A DNA stretch of 64,000 bases. Source: an uncultured virus (IMG/VR IMGVR_UViG_3300025501_000001) (taxonomy: Duplodnaviria > Heunggongvirae > Uroviricota > Caudoviricetes). The notes beneath the pieces are model-generated. The model was not told the DNA's origin, searched no databases, and saw nothing but the letters and a program-made list of their open reading frames with translations. Made by a program: the position numbers and the translations under genes. Shown piece after piece: positions 1 to 10,299 of this stretch; positions within the stretch are counted from its first letter, which is position 1, and the number at the start of each line of letters is the position of its first letter. The stretch lies in IMG/VR virus record IMGVR_UViG_3300025501_000001; one strand, 5' to 3'.

Positions 1-300
1 ACTACGGGGGTATGGTGATGACCAACACCTTTGCATATGTCTCTACAGACCCCAATGCTCTCTTGGCTATACCGGACACGATAGGCTTGGAAAACAACAG
101 CTATCTGGCGAAGACGGCGAAAGAGGCGGGAATAATTGTCTGTGCCTGGGGGTACTTCCCGAGGCACATAGCTCGACAAACGGAGGTCCTTAATATGCTG
201 AGATCAATACACCCGGTTTATCATCTCGGATTGACAAAAGAAGGTTGGCCGAGGCATCCGCTTTATCTCAAAAAGGACGTCCAACCGCAAGAATGGAGGA
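1..300 (+). CDS. DUF1643-family protein, 3' part (starts before the window); reads through a repeat element into the next ORF
   Basis: VCAWG...LGLTKEGWPRHPLY motif in ORF 12..653. Confidence 0.7.
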
Positions 301-302
301 CC

Positions 303-411
303 GAGCAAGGGCAGCATGGAGCAAAGGACTGTTCAAGGTTCAAGGTTCGATGTTCAAGGTTCGGGAAAAAGGACGGTTTCAACGTTGAACATCGAACGTT
401 GAACTGCTCTC
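303..411 (+). repeat. Heptamer palindromic element (AGCA arm, GTTC arm, loop, GAAC arm)
   Basis: gttcaaggttcaaggttcgatgttcaagg...gttgaacatcgaacgttgaac, flanked by TGGAGGA at 294-300 and 412-418. Confidence 0.9.
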
Positions 412-421
412 TGGAGGAAAC

Positions 422-653
422 GATGGAAGACCTCATGCGGAAGGTAGACGAGTTGATAGCCGAGTGCAAAAGCGAAACTGAGGACCCTGAACCTTTAATC
501 CTTGGCGCCCTTCTCTGTCTTTTTAGGGGGGCATTCAAGAACGGGCAGCTCGACAGCCTCCTTCGCAAAATACAGATCACCGAATTGGCCCTGAAAATAG
601 AACTGCGTCTTGAGACCGCCCGCCGCGCCAGGGAAGCGGCAGGGAGAAACTGA
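422..653 (+). CDS. Hypothetical protein
   Basis: GGAGGA followed by ATG at 422. Confidence 0.55.
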
Positions 654-658
654 GAAAG

Positions 659-1048
659 ATGATAAGCCCTTTCGCCGGCCACCTCAATCCCCGCGTCTGC
701 CGTACCTGCCACGGCGAGATAGGCATGCTCGGGGTGCTCGGCTGCAAGTGCGCAGGCAACGTGCAGGCGGTCCTGGAACGGGAGAAGGCGGAAAAGCAAA
801 GGAAGGCTCACCGCGACTGGCGGAAGTCCCACCCGAGGGTGCCGAAGACCATCCCCTGCGGGAAGTGCGGAAAGCCGTTCGAGAAGCGCACCAGGAGCAA
901 CCTGTGCGCGCCGTGCAGGAAGGCCGGCGCGGCGGAGTACCTACGGGACTGGGCGACCAAGGCGTACCAGAAGAAGGTTGCGGCCGCGGGCAGGCAGTAC
1001 CGGCCCTACGGCCCCCGGAAGCAAAAGGAGGCAGAGCAAGCCGAATGA
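659..1048 (+). CDS. Hypothetical Cys-rich (Zn-finger) protein
   Basis: CxxC pairs; stop overlaps next ATG. Confidence 0.55.
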   Translation: MISPFAGHLNPRVCRTCHGEIGMLGVLGCKCAGNVQAVLEREKAEKQRKAHRDWRKSHPRVPKTIPCGKCGKPFEKRTRSNLCAPCRKAGAAEYLRDWATKAYQKKVAAAGRQYRPYGPRKQKEAEQAE

Positions 1049-1773
1049 AAACCACCGACGTAGATCAGGACGTTCTTTCCATTCTGGACCGCCAGGTCGA
1101 GATAGGCTGTGTTTCCGGGCACAACTTTGTAAAGCTCACCAGCGGTCAGCTCGATCGGAAAATGTACTTGAAGGTCGATGCGGTCCTGGAAGCGATAGGC
1201 GGCAGATGGGACCGCAAGGCGGCAGCGCACCTTTTTCCGGAAGATCCCGCTCCGCTCATCGAGAATGTTCTTCTCACCGGGACGGTTGCCCGGCCGTCCA
1301 AGAACGGCTATTTCCCGACGCCTAAGCACATCGTCATGAAGCTGATAGAACTGGCGGAAATAAAGCCCTTTATGCTTTGCCTGGAGCCCTCCGCCGGACA
1401 GGGGGCAATCTCAGACGTACTATACGCTATTATGCATTGCAATGTGCATATGGTAGAGCTGCTTCCCGCGAATAGGGAGATTTTGGTGAGGACACACTAT
1501 GGAGTGCTTATGGATGAGCCGGATTTTATGCAATTCAACCGGGACCGAGATCGGCTTTATGATCGCGTGGTAATGAACCCCCCATTCGAGAACCAACAGG
1601 ATATTGACCACGTGAGGCATGCCTTTGAGATGCTGCGACCCGGCGGCATCCTTGTCTCCGTTATGTCGAAGGGCATAACATTCCGGCAGAGGAAGAAGAC
1701 AAGAGGCCGCCCGCGGGACCGCGAAACACGCCTCGGAGGAGTGTCGACCCGAGGTTGTAAACGCCATGTATGA
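1045..1773 (+). CDS. N6-adenine DNA methyltransferase, C-terminus possibly truncated
   Basis: YFPTP, LEPSAGQG (motif I), MNPPF (motif IV). Confidence 0.85.
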   Translation: MKTTDVDQDVLSILDRQVEIGCVSGHNFVKLTSGQLDRKMYLKVDAVLEAIGGRWDRKAAAHLFPEDPAPLIENVLLTGTVARPSKNGYFPTPKHIVMKLIELAEIKPFMLCLEPSAGQGAISDVLYAIMHCNVHMVELLPANREILVRTHYGVLMDEPDFMQFNRDRDRLYDRVVMNPPFENQQDIDHVRHAFEMLRPGGILVSVMSKGITFRQRKKTRGRPRDRETRLGGVSTRGCKRHV

Positions 1774-2686
1774 CTACTGGCCAAAGGGCATCGTAAGCTG
1801 GTCCGTCGGCAAGGTCCAATACCTCTCTGTCGTTTTTACCTGGGACCTCCCGGAGGCGAAGGCTGTCGCCGAGGCCTCGAAGAAGAAGGTCGTCGCCGGC
1901 GGACCGGCCGTGGCGCTCATGGACGGATACCTCGCGGGGGTCGCGAAGATCGGCGAGGATCTGCCGTATCCCGTCCTGCCCTTTCACAACCCCGCCGCCG
2001 TCTTCACGTCGCGCGGCTGCCCTAACGCCTGCGAGTTCTGCGCCGTCCCGAGGACGGAAGGGCCTTTCAGGGAGCTGGCCGCCTGGGAGCCTAAGCCCCT
2101 CGTCTGCGACAACAATATCCTCGCATCGAGCAAGAGGCACTTCGGGAAGGTCATCGACAGCCTGAAACCGCTTCCCTTCGTCGACTTTAACCAGGGCCTC
2201 GACGCGCGTCTCTTCCGGCCCCGGCACGCATCGCGGCTCGCCGAGCTGAAAGCCGTCAAGGTGCGGTTCGCCTTCGACCATCGCGCCGGCGAAACGGTCC
2301 TCGTCGACGCCGTCCGCCTCGCGAGGAGCCGCGGCCTCAAGGACATAAGCGTCTACGTCCTTGTCGGCTATAAGGACACGCCGGCGGACGCCCGCGCACG
2401 GCTGGAGCTCGTCAAGTCGCTCGGCATCCGCCCCTGGCCCATGCGCTACAGGCCCCTCGATTGCCTCCACAAGAACGAGCACGTCCCCGAGGGATGGGAG
2501 AAAAAAGAGCTTCAGGACCTGGTGGCCTACAATTCGAGGCTGCAGTACATGGAGCATATCCCGTACGAACGCTACAGGCAGCTAAGACACGGCAGAAATC
2601 TGACCATTCGCCAGGGAGATTTTGTATGGGCCGATGAGGCCGGACGCTTGAAGAGTACGAGCATCGCCTTGGGAGAGACTGAATAA
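1766..2686 (+). CDS. Radical SAM protein
   Basis: TSRGCPNACEFC (CxxxCxxC), DNN, DFNQGLDARL. Confidence 0.85.
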   Translation: MYDYWPKGIVSWSVGKVQYLSVVFTWDLPEAKAVAEASKKKVVAGGPAVALMDGYLAGVAKIGEDLPYPVLPFHNPAAVFTSRGCPNACEFCAVPRTEGPFRELAAWEPKPLVCDNNILASSKRHFGKVIDSLKPLPFVDFNQGLDARLFRPRHASRLAELKAVKVRFAFDHRAGETVLVDAVRLARSRGLKDISVYVLVGYKDTPADARARLELVKSLGIRPWPMRYRPLDCLHKNEHVPEGWEKKELQDLVAYNSRLQYMEHIPYERYRQLRHGRNLTIRQGDFVWADEAGRLKSTSIALGETE

Positions 2687-2846
2687 TGATGGAGATCGCG
2701 GCCGGAGAAAATTTCGATGGATTTCGCGTTGCTTTTCGAAGGGGCTCACCGGAGCGTACTCTTTGTGTACGTGAGGACGTAGCCCCGAGGAAACGACGTG
2801 AAAGGCGCGAAATTAACCCGGCCGCACCCCGCGCGGGAGGCGCCCG

Positions 2847-5800
2847 TTGACCGACTACGAACAGATCAAGGAGCGCCTCGACATCGTGCAGGTCATCTGC
2901 GGCCAAACGGGCCTGAAGATGAAAAAGCACCATCTGGAGGAATGCCCCTTTTGCCATGGCCACGATTGCTTCAGCATCGACGCCGCGAAGGGCGTCTACA
3001 AGTGCTTCCAGTGCCCGGCCGAGGGCGATGTCTTCACGTTTCTGGAGGCGTACCACGGCACGGACAAGGCGGAGGCCCTGAAAATGGCGGCCGGGCTTGC
3101 CGGCGTCTCCCTCCCGGAGAGGCGCCCGCGCGAGCTGCGCCTGACCGCCAGGGAGCGCATTTTCCTCGAGGCGGCCGACTTCTATGCAAGCCGGGCGTTC
3201 GAGGACGGCGGCATGGATTACCTGGTGCGCGCCCGTGGCCACAAAGAAGACGTCCTGCGCCGCATGAGGGTCGGCTGGACGGGAGACGGGGGCCTCGTAG
3301 ACCACCTGCGGGCCAAGGGGTTCAGCGAGGGCGATATCAAGCTGTCCGGCCTGGCAAAGGAGCGGACCGACAACGGCATGCCCCACCTGGTCGATTTCTT
3401 CGTCAAGGGCCTGGCCGTCTTCCCGCATTTCGACGACGCCCGCGTGCTCCACTTCACCATCAAGGACCCCGCGAAGCGCTACAAGTACCAGCTCCCGAAC
3501 GAGGCGCGCCTGAAGGACTGGAGGTTCTACAACCAGGGCGCCCTTTCGAAGTTCAACGAGGTGATAGTCGTCGAGGGCGAAAACGACCTTTTGAGCGTGC
3601 TCGATTCCGGCGCCCAGCACGTCATCGGCCTGATAGGGCAGCCCGCCGAGTACCAGTTGAAGGCCCTGAAGGCGAAAGGCGCCGGCAAGCACCTTTACCT
3701 CTGGCTCGACAACGACGAGGGCGGCCGGGGCTTCGTCCGCAAGATCTGCACGGAGCTGAAGGACGCGAAATACAACGTGCGGGTCTTCGTCTATCCCACG
3801 GAGGCGAAAGACCCGGACTCCTATCTTCAGAACCACTTCGAGGGCGACCGCCGCCGCGAGATAAAGCGCCTCCAGGAAGGGGCCGTCGACTACCTCACGT
3901 GGGAAATATCGGAGATCCGCAGGGAGGAGACGCTCGAGGTACGACTAAAGGCACTGAAAGACCGGGGAATATTTCGCGCCGTGGCGGGCATGGTGGAAGC
4001 CGAGAAGCTCGTCTACACGGAAAAGATCGAGGCGCTGGGCTTCACGGAAAAGGCGATCGAGGAGCAGCTCGAGCTCGACCGCGAGCTCCTGATGGAACTG
4101 ACCCAGTACCAGGAAGGCCTCCAGAACAAGAAAGACGCGGACCCGAACCGCATCGTGGACATCATCTTCAAGCACCTAAATGCGGCCGGCCGCTTTTTCC
4201 GGGACCGCGAGGGCAAGGTCTACCTGCTCTACCAGCACCACATATACGATATCGGTAATAACAGGCCTTTCAACGCGCTCATGAAGCGGTCGACGCGCCT
4301 CCTGCCGACGAAGGAGCCTGGCCGGTCCGTCTGGGAGTCGCTTGCGAGCGAGGCGTACAACTCGGGCAAGCGGATAGACCTCGCCAGTTGGCTCTACACC
4401 GACCGGGGCACGGACACGATCTACATCAACCTCAATTCGGCCAATAACGTCATCCTGAAGATATCGAAGGGCCCTGCGATCGAGGAGATACCGAACGGCC
4501 TCAACGAAGAGGGCGTGTTGCTGCGGTCCTCCAGGAAGATCCTGCCGATGAACTACCTGCCCGACGCGGACGTCCGGGAGGGGATGCGGTACCTCAAGGA
4601 GTTGGTCTTCGACAACCTGACGTGCGAGAAAGAGCAGCGGTACCTGATCCTGTGCTGGCTCATGGCGGCGTTCCTGATCGACTTCGCGCCGTACCAGGCG
4701 AATATGAAATTTTCGGGAGCCACCGCCAGCGGTAAGACGACGGCGGCGAAGTTCCTGAGCCTGCTCATTTATGGGAAAGAGCACCTCGTAGACCCGACGG
4801 CTTCCGCCGCTTACTCGACGGCCAGCCAAAACCCCCTATTAATCATGGAGAACCTGGAGACCCAGGACTTAACGAAGAACAAGCAGCAGTTCCTACTGCA
4901 TAGCGCGACGAGGGGCGGCAAGGAGAAGAGGACTCAGGGGACGGAGACGGACACGACGGAAGAACAGCCCAAGTCGCTCGTTCTGATCACGGCCATCGAC
5001 CCATTGGAACGTGCCGAACTGATCAATCGGACCTATGACATCGAGTTCAGCGCCAAGTTTAAAACCGATGACTTTGTCGAGGACGAGGTCATCCGGGAGC
5101 TCGTGAAGAAGCGCGACCTTATCCTGTCCGCGATCCTGAAGTTCCTGCAGAAAAAGGTACTGGATCGTCTCGCGCGGCGCAAGGACTATATCACCGTGCT
5201 CAAGAAGGAATACCGGGGGCACGCGAAGGACCGCACCGACGAGTTCCTGGCGCTCCTGATGCTGATGGTGGAACGCCTGGTGAGGCATATTCCCTATTAC
5301 GGCGAGGACCATCCCTATTACGGGATGGAGGACGAGTACGGATGGGGCGACGGCGAGATCCGGAAGGCCTGGATAGAGTACCAGAACGCCAAGGCCAGGG
5401 ACACGGAGATCTCGAGCAACAACATCATCAAGATGCTCGACGGCCTGGTGAGGGAATATCTCCAGAAGGCGGCAGGCGACAGGGCCAAGGACGGCGGAGG
5501 CGCGGGCGACTACGGAGCGGGCCCCGGAAGCGTGATCGAGCCGACCTACCCGATCATCCTCTACCACTCCGATTACGGCCTCGAGCTGGAGAAGAGCAAG
5601 CCGGAGGTCCAGGCGGACGAGGCCAACGGCGAATCGTATGTGAGGACGTACATCGAGTTTACCGCGAGCCCCGGCGAGATAGTGGCCGCCTTCGACCGCT
5701 TCTGCAAGAACAACGGCCTGCGGAACCCTTACGGGACCGCGAGCGTCTTCGGGGAGCGCCTCAAGAACGACAGGAACCACCTGGCCCAGGGGGGCTGGGA

Positions 5801-5888
5801 GATAGTGAGCAAGCCGAGTGTCGAGCCGTATTACAAGGTGGTAAAAGGCGTGCGGTTCTGGAAGTTCAAGAAGACGCTGGTGAGGTAA
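2847..5888 (+). CDS. Primase-helicase (CHC2 zinc finger, TOPRIM, P-loop NTPase, C-terminal winged-helix-like region)
   Basis: CPFCHGHD..CFQC, VVEGEND, WLDNDEGG, KDPD, GATASGKT. Confidence 0.9.
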   Translation: MTDYEQIKERLDIVQVICGQTGLKMKKHHLEECPFCHGHDCFSIDAAKGVYKCFQCPAEGDVFTFLEAYHGTDKAEALKMAAGLAGVSLPERRPRELRLTARERIFLEAADFYASRAFEDGGMDYLVRARGHKEDVLRRMRVGWTGDGGLVDHLRAKGFSEGDIKLSGLAKERTDNGMPHLVDFFVKGLAVFPHFDDARVLHFTIKDPAKRYKYQLPNEARLKDWRFYNQGALSKFNEVIVVEGENDLLSVLDSGAQHVIGLIGQPAEYQLKALKAKGAGKHLYLWLDNDEGGRGFVRKICTELKDAKYNVRVFVYPTEAKDPDSYLQNHFEGDRRREIKRLQEGAVDYLTWEISEIRREETLEVRLKALKDRGIFRAVAGMVEAEKLVYTEKIEALGFTEKAIEEQLELDRELLMELTQYQEGLQNKKDADPNRIVDIIFKHLNAAGRFFRDREGKVYLLYQHHIYDIGNNRPFNALMKRSTRLLPTKEPGRSVWESLASEAYNSGKRIDLASWLYTDRGTDTIYINLNSANNVILKISKGPAIEEIPNGLNEEGVLLRSSRKILPMNYLPDADVREGMRYLKELVFDNLTCEKEQRYLILCWLMAAFLIDFAPYQANMKFSGATASGKTTAAKFLSLLIYGKEHLVDPTASAAYSTASQNPLLIMENLETQDLTKNKQQFLLHSATRGGKEKRTQGTETDTTEEQPKSLVLITAIDPLERAELINRTYDIEFSAKFKTDDFVEDEVIRELVKKRDLILSAILKFLQKKVLDRLARRKDYITVLKKEYRGHAKDRTDEFLALLMLMVERLVRHIPYYGEDHPYYGMEDEYGWGDGEIRKAWIEYQNAKARDTEISSNNIIKMLDGLVREYLQKAAGDRAKDGGGAGDYGAGPGSVIEPTYPIILYHSDYGLELEKSKPEVQADEANGESYVRTYIEFTASPGEIVAAFDRFCKNNGLRNPYGTASVFGERLKNDRNHLAQGGWEIVSKPSVEPYYKVVKGVRFWKFKKTLVR

Positions 5889-5902
5889 GGAGGGGGGTAA
5901 CG

Positions 5903-6292
5903 ATGGGAATGTTTGACCGCCTTACTTGCAGATATCCGTTGCCGGTGAAAGGTGCAAACGATCTGATCTATGCGACAAAGGACACCCCGGCCCAATATCT
6001 CGATAATTACGAGATCAGAGAAGACGGAAGCCTCTGGCATCAGGAATATGACATAGAAGACCATAGCGACCCGAAGGCCAAGGGAATTATGGCCCTGGCA
6101 GGGTGCATGACAAAGGTGGCCAGGGGGTGGGTGCCCGAGTTAATGACGGGAGAAATCGTGTTTTACCACCTTATCGGAGACAAGGGATGGATAGAGTTTT
6201 CCGCATATTTCGAGGCGGGCAAAATAGTCAGGCTGAATCTACTGGAACATGTCCCGGAAACAGAACCGGCAGGGAAGGCTGGTGGCTCTTAA
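5903..6292 (+). CDS. Hypothetical phage protein
   Basis: Strong SD upstream; MGMFDRLTC start. Confidence 0.65.
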   Translation: MGMFDRLTCRYPLPVKGANDLIYATKDTPAQYLDNYEIREDGSLWHQEYDIEDHSDPKAKGIMALAGCMTKVARGWVPELMTGEIVFYHLIGDKGWIEFSAYFEAGKIVRLNLLEHVPETEPAGKAGGS

Positions 6293-6521
6293 GGGGCGAG
6301 AGGGTAATACGAAAACCATCAAACTCAACGGCGGTCTTGTAGTGTCAAAAGAACGGCTTCTCAAATTCCACGACCGGCACGGCCTAGCCACAATCACTAA
6401 GGATGGCCGCATTGTCGTGTGGTTGCCAAGGTCCCGGAGGGGGCGAGACGTTGAAATAGGCAGAATAGTACAACTGTGAGCGCATGACAGGGCAGAGCAA
6501 CTTCATATAAGGAGGTCAATC

Positions 6522-6755
6522 ATGAAGCGTGCGATGGCCGAAAAGATTGCGAAGGCAATTGGTGGCAGAGCGATCAACACCCATGAGTATCAGGAGATAT
6601 ACATCGTCCTTGCTGATGACGACCATGGCTATCATACCATCATCAGCAGCGTTTTGGTTTCTGGAAAAGACCGATCTACAGAATGGGAAAGATTATACAA
6701 TGCCGCCGAAGAACTAAATGCGAAGAAGAAAGAACCGGCTGAGGCCAAAAAGTGA
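6522..6755 (+). CDS. Hypothetical protein
   Basis: AAGGAGGT SD and ATG. Confidence 0.65.
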   Translation: MKRAMAEKIAKAIGGRAINTHEYQEIYIVLADDDHGYHTIISSVLVSGKDRSTEWERLYNAAEELNAKKKEPAEAKK

Positions 6756-7038
6756 TCGCGCAGGAGGGTCCATGATTGCGAGCATAATGTTCATTACGCC
6801 CAAAGGGAAGAGTTCTCAGTATATCCAGGAGATCATTGCCGTTCCTGATGTGGGGGAACAAGTAAAGCTCGACGGCGGGGTCATACCAGGCGCTGGGGGT
6901 GGGCATTACGTCGTAGCGGAAAGGCGCTGGGCGTTTACGCGGGAGTTTGATCGTGTAGCGACGCACCTCACCCTCGATCTCGCCTACAGAGAGACGGCGT
7001 ATGATGTCGCAGGTACCAAAAAGTGATCGCGCAGGAGG
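6745..7038 (+). repeat. 23-bp perfect direct repeats flanking one gene
   Basis: CCAAAAAGTGATCGCGCAGGAGG at 6745-6767 and 7016-7038. Confidence 0.9.
6772..7026 (+). CDS. Hypothetical protein
   Basis: AGGAGG SD and ATG 6772. Confidence 0.6.
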   Translation: MIASIMFITPKGKSSQYIQEIIAVPDVGEQVKLDGGVIPGAGGGHYVVAERRWAFTREFDRVATHLTLDLAYRETAYDVAGTKK

Positions 7039-7118
7039 CCCGTAGAGCCGTTTTTTCGAGGGGGCACGACCTGTAACCCTCGCGATTACCGCAGTTTTGG
7101 GAGAGAGCAGGAGAGCGT

Positions 7119-7535
7119 GTGTTATTGCCTTTCGGTGATGTGATCAGGACACACGACGGCGATCCGGAGCTCCGTCAGCTCGCCGATCGCCATTACTCCC
7201 GGAAGTCGCCGGGGGCCTTGCTCTTTGTCGGTCCGGGCTTCAAGATCGTCCTTCGGAACCCCGAGGGGACCTGGGTCTTTGCCTGGCGAAACGCCGCGAA
7301 AAGAGAGGACGGGCAGACGGGCTGGGAATGCTCTATCTTCCACAATGAGTCTGGGCTGCTATCCTCCGGTATTATACTGGCCTGTGAGGAGCACGTGGAG
7401 GGGCGCAAGTTCACCTATATCGATCCCAAGAAGGTGAAGTCAACCAACCCGGGCTATTGTTTTCTCTGTGCCGGCTGGAAGCACGCAGGTAGAAGCAAGG
7501 ACAGAAACCTGGTATTGCTGGTGAAAGATGAGTAG
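7119..7535 (+). CDS. Phage protein, possibly Mom-like (GNAT) DNA-modification enzyme
   Basis: RHYS and TYIDP...NPGYCFLCAGW resemble Mom-like motifs. Confidence 0.45.
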   Translation: MLLPFGDVIRTHDGDPELRQLADRHYSRKSPGALLFVGPGFKIVLRNPEGTWVFAWRNAAKREDGQTGWECSIFHNESGLLSSGIILACEEHVEGRKFTYIDPKKVKSTNPGYCFLCAGWKHAGRSKDRNLVLLVKDE

Positions 7536-7889
7536 TTCAGCCATCCTTCGACCCACTAAAGGAATCCCTGAAAATCGGTCAAGACCGATTTTCGCGCCTG
7601 CGGCCTATAAACGATTAGGGCGAGAAAAGCCCGCGATAGAGGGTCGAGCGCCGCTCCTGGCCGCCGGCCGGTCCCTCGATCGTTTTGTCTTGGCTCCGAC
7701 CTTGCCGGGTTCGAGCTCCAGCTCCAGCCTCATTATCGTCATGGGTGTCCTCATGGCCCGCCTCGGGGTGCAACGGTCCTTCGGGGAGCGGGGCCTCTCC
7801 CCCACAAATGTGTGCGCTTTCGCTCACTTTTTAAATTTTGTTAGCTTTTTACCCGTCAGGAAAAAGTTTTTGACAATCTTTCCAAAAGC

Positions 7890-8080
7890 GTTGCACCAGT
7901 GCACCCCAGAGACCTTTTTCTTAATGTTTTCAATGTTATTAGTGGGGTGCAGCGCGGGGTGCACTGGGGTGCAACGGGGTGCAACGGTGGTGCAACGGGC
8001 GGGGGTTTTTGAGCGTTGCACCCCGTGTTTTATCAAGCGCCTATCTATCTTTTTTAGCGATTGGTGCAAGGGTGCAACGG
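7890..8080. promoter_or_regulatory. Iteron-like cluster, candidate replication origin
   Basis: About ten GGTGCA/TGCACC copies in both orientations beside T-rich tracts, downstream of the primase operon. Confidence 0.6.
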
Positions 8081-8637
8081 TTTTGATGTCCTCAAATATT
8101 TCCCGAGGGTGACAGGGGAGGGATCAGGATGGCGCTTCGGTTGGTCAGCCGCAAAAAAAAGTTCTTGTTTTCTGTTAGTTTTCTAACCTTTTGTTTTACC
8201 TTTTCTTATAGGTGTGTCATGGGGTTAGTTGTCTCTGTGCTCGGCCTCTATTGGAGGGAGGTAGTCACGTGGTGTCCAGAACGGACGGAAGGACGGAATG
8301 GGGGATCTGGCTGTACTGCACATAATGATAAATTGTGCGGTAGGGGTGGTATATGGGTACCTGTTATCAAGGCTTTCTGTTTCTCTCTTGTTTGCAATAG
8401 TGCGGTATGGTTTGGACCAGGATGTTTTTCTCGGTCCCCGAGGCGGCCTCCCCCCCATCGAAAACTTCCCGATCCCTGCCTTCCCCCTCCCCCATTACCA
8501 TCTTTATATTGTAGACAATGGGAAAACCTTTTTTCAGGTGGGATACGGGGCCTTACTCGTGTTCTCGGCGGTTCCAGCCTCGCCACGTCTTTAGCTTGCG
8601 GCCTTGCCTTTAAGGGGGGTCCGGGGGGGGTTCCCGC

Positions 8638-9639
8638 ATGATCGAGCAGCTCCTCCCCGGTTTCGAACGCCATCTGAGGATCCTCCAGGGCCTCACCGCC
8701 GCCAGCGTCAAAAGTTACTCAGCGAAGGCCACCGAGTTCGCCGCCTGGCTGCACGACGCCCAAAAGAAAGACGACGTCGCCCTCACGACCCGCCAGGACG
8801 TCGAGGCCTATCTTGAAAACTGCTTCTACCTTGGCAATTCCAACGACACGCGCCTGACGAAGCTCGTTGCCCTTACGCGCTTTTTCCGTTACCTCTGCTA
8901 CGAGCGGCGCATCCCCGAGGATCCAACCGCCCAGGTGCCCAAGCCCCGCCGCAAGCGCATGTTCGTCCAGAAATTTACCAAGGCAGAGGTCCTCCGCATC
9001 TTCGCCGCGATCGATATCACCCGCGAAAAGGGCCTCCGTGACGCCGTCATTATCATGCTCGGCGCCTTCTGCGGGCTCCGCGACTCCGAGATCGTCCGCC
9101 TTGCCCTCCACGACATCATCGACGAGGAAGGCCGCTCCCTCGATGTCCACATCACCGGCAAATTTGCCACCGAGCGCCAGGTCTACCTTTGGAAGGTCCC
9201 TTCGGACATCCTCCGCGCCTGGCTCTCGGTCCGCCTATCTCACAACGCCCGCTCCCCTGACCCCCTGGTGGTCTCTTACCGCCGTGGTTCCCGGGTCAAA
9301 GGCCGCCGTCTCTCTATTTCCATGCTCGACGGTGTAATCAAGTCCTACGCCGCTGCCGCCGGCGTCCGCAAGCCGAAGGTCACCATGCACATGCTTCGGG
9401 CCACGCACGCCTCCGACCTGCGCCATATCCAGGGTTACGACACCCCGGCCATCGCGGAGCGCCTCGGCCACAGATCCATCGCCACTACCGACCGCTATTT
9501 TCCGACGCGCGGCCGCATCCACCGCACGTACCCAAGCCTCGCCGCCTACTGGCGAGAATTTGCCACGATATGGAGCCCGAAACATGATAGCGATCGCAGC
9601 AGTCCCAACCCCAGTCCAGGAGGTGATCCCGGTGCCTAA
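8638..9639 (+). CDS. XerC/XerD-like tyrosine recombinase
   Basis: GLRDSE, TGK, HMLR, LGH, TTDRY catalytic set; N-terminal SAM-like domain. Confidence 0.9.
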   Translation: MIEQLLPGFERHLRILQGLTAASVKSYSAKATEFAAWLHDAQKKDDVALTTRQDVEAYLENCFYLGNSNDTRLTKLVALTRFFRYLCYERRIPEDPTAQVPKPRRKRMFVQKFTKAEVLRIFAAIDITREKGLRDAVIIMLGAFCGLRDSEIVRLALHDIIDEEGRSLDVHITGKFATERQVYLWKVPSDILRAWLSVRLSHNARSPDPLVVSYRRGSRVKGRRLSISMLDGVIKSYAAAAGVRKPKVTMHMLRATHASDLRHIQGYDTPAIAERLGHRSIATTDRYFPTRGRIHRTYPSLAAYWREFATIWSPKHDSDRSSPNPSPGGDPGA

Positions 9640-9940
9640 GTCCGAAAATCGCGTCGCTCTCGACAAGCTCTTTCACCGCCTCTGCAAAGACTTCGGGCAG
9701 GCATCGGGTGAATCCATCATAAAAGTCATCATTGAGGAGCTGGGCAGCCTCCGCGTAACGGTCCCCGACATGCGCCAGCTCGAGCGCGAGGAGAGAGACA
9801 GGAGGATCTTCCTTGCCTTCAGAGGCGACTACTCCGAGCTGGAGGGCAGGTTTCGCCTGACGACCCGGCAGTTGCGCAACATAGTGGAAAAGCAGCGCAA
9901 CGACGCCCGCATGGACGGCCGCCCGCCCGAGGACCGGTGA
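9632..9940 (+). CDS. Mor/C-family transcription activator (probable late activator)
   Basis: AGGAGGTG SD and GTG; ELGSLRVTVP...RDRRI...GDYSELEGRFRLTTRQLRNIV. Confidence 0.75.
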   Translation: MPKSENRVALDKLFHRLCKDFGQASGESIIKVIIEELGSLRVTVPDMRQLEREERDRRIFLAFRGDYSELEGRFRLTTRQLRNIVEKQRNDARMDGRPPEDR

Positions 9941-9977
9941 TACGTGTTAAATTGTAAGTAAAAAAAAGGGGAAAACT

Positions 9978-10247
9978 ATGCCAAATGACCCGATCTTTAA
10001 GGCCACAATCAAGAGCACCGGGGAAGTAATTTGGATCGATGACCTTTACTGGTTTGAGGAAAACGGGATCCATGATATGTCCGGCGACGAAGAGGCGGAG
10101 GCTTACATGGATGCTAATTTTATGAGCAGGGACTGGTATCCCGTAGAGCCCCTGGTCGACGCCGAAGGCCGGCGCCTCCGCCCGAGGCTGGAGCTTGTCG
10201 GGTCACCCTCCATTATGGAGGGGCAAGGCACGCTACACCGGTCATGA
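9978..10247 (+). CDS. Hypothetical protein
   Basis: ORF with SD-like sequence. Confidence 0.55.
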   Translation: MPNDPIFKATIKSTGEVIWIDDLYWFEENGIHDMSGDEEAEAYMDANFMSRDWYPVEPLVDAEGRRLRPRLELVGSPSIMEGQGTLHRS

Positions 10248-10299
10248 TGTCCTCGGTTGACGGCAAAACGAGTCAAAAACAGGCTCAGTTGCCTCCATC

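Noticed and set aside
7528..8641. ORFs 7528..8112 and 8129..8641 as genes
   Set aside because: They cross the iteron and T-rich regulatory region and have atypical composition.
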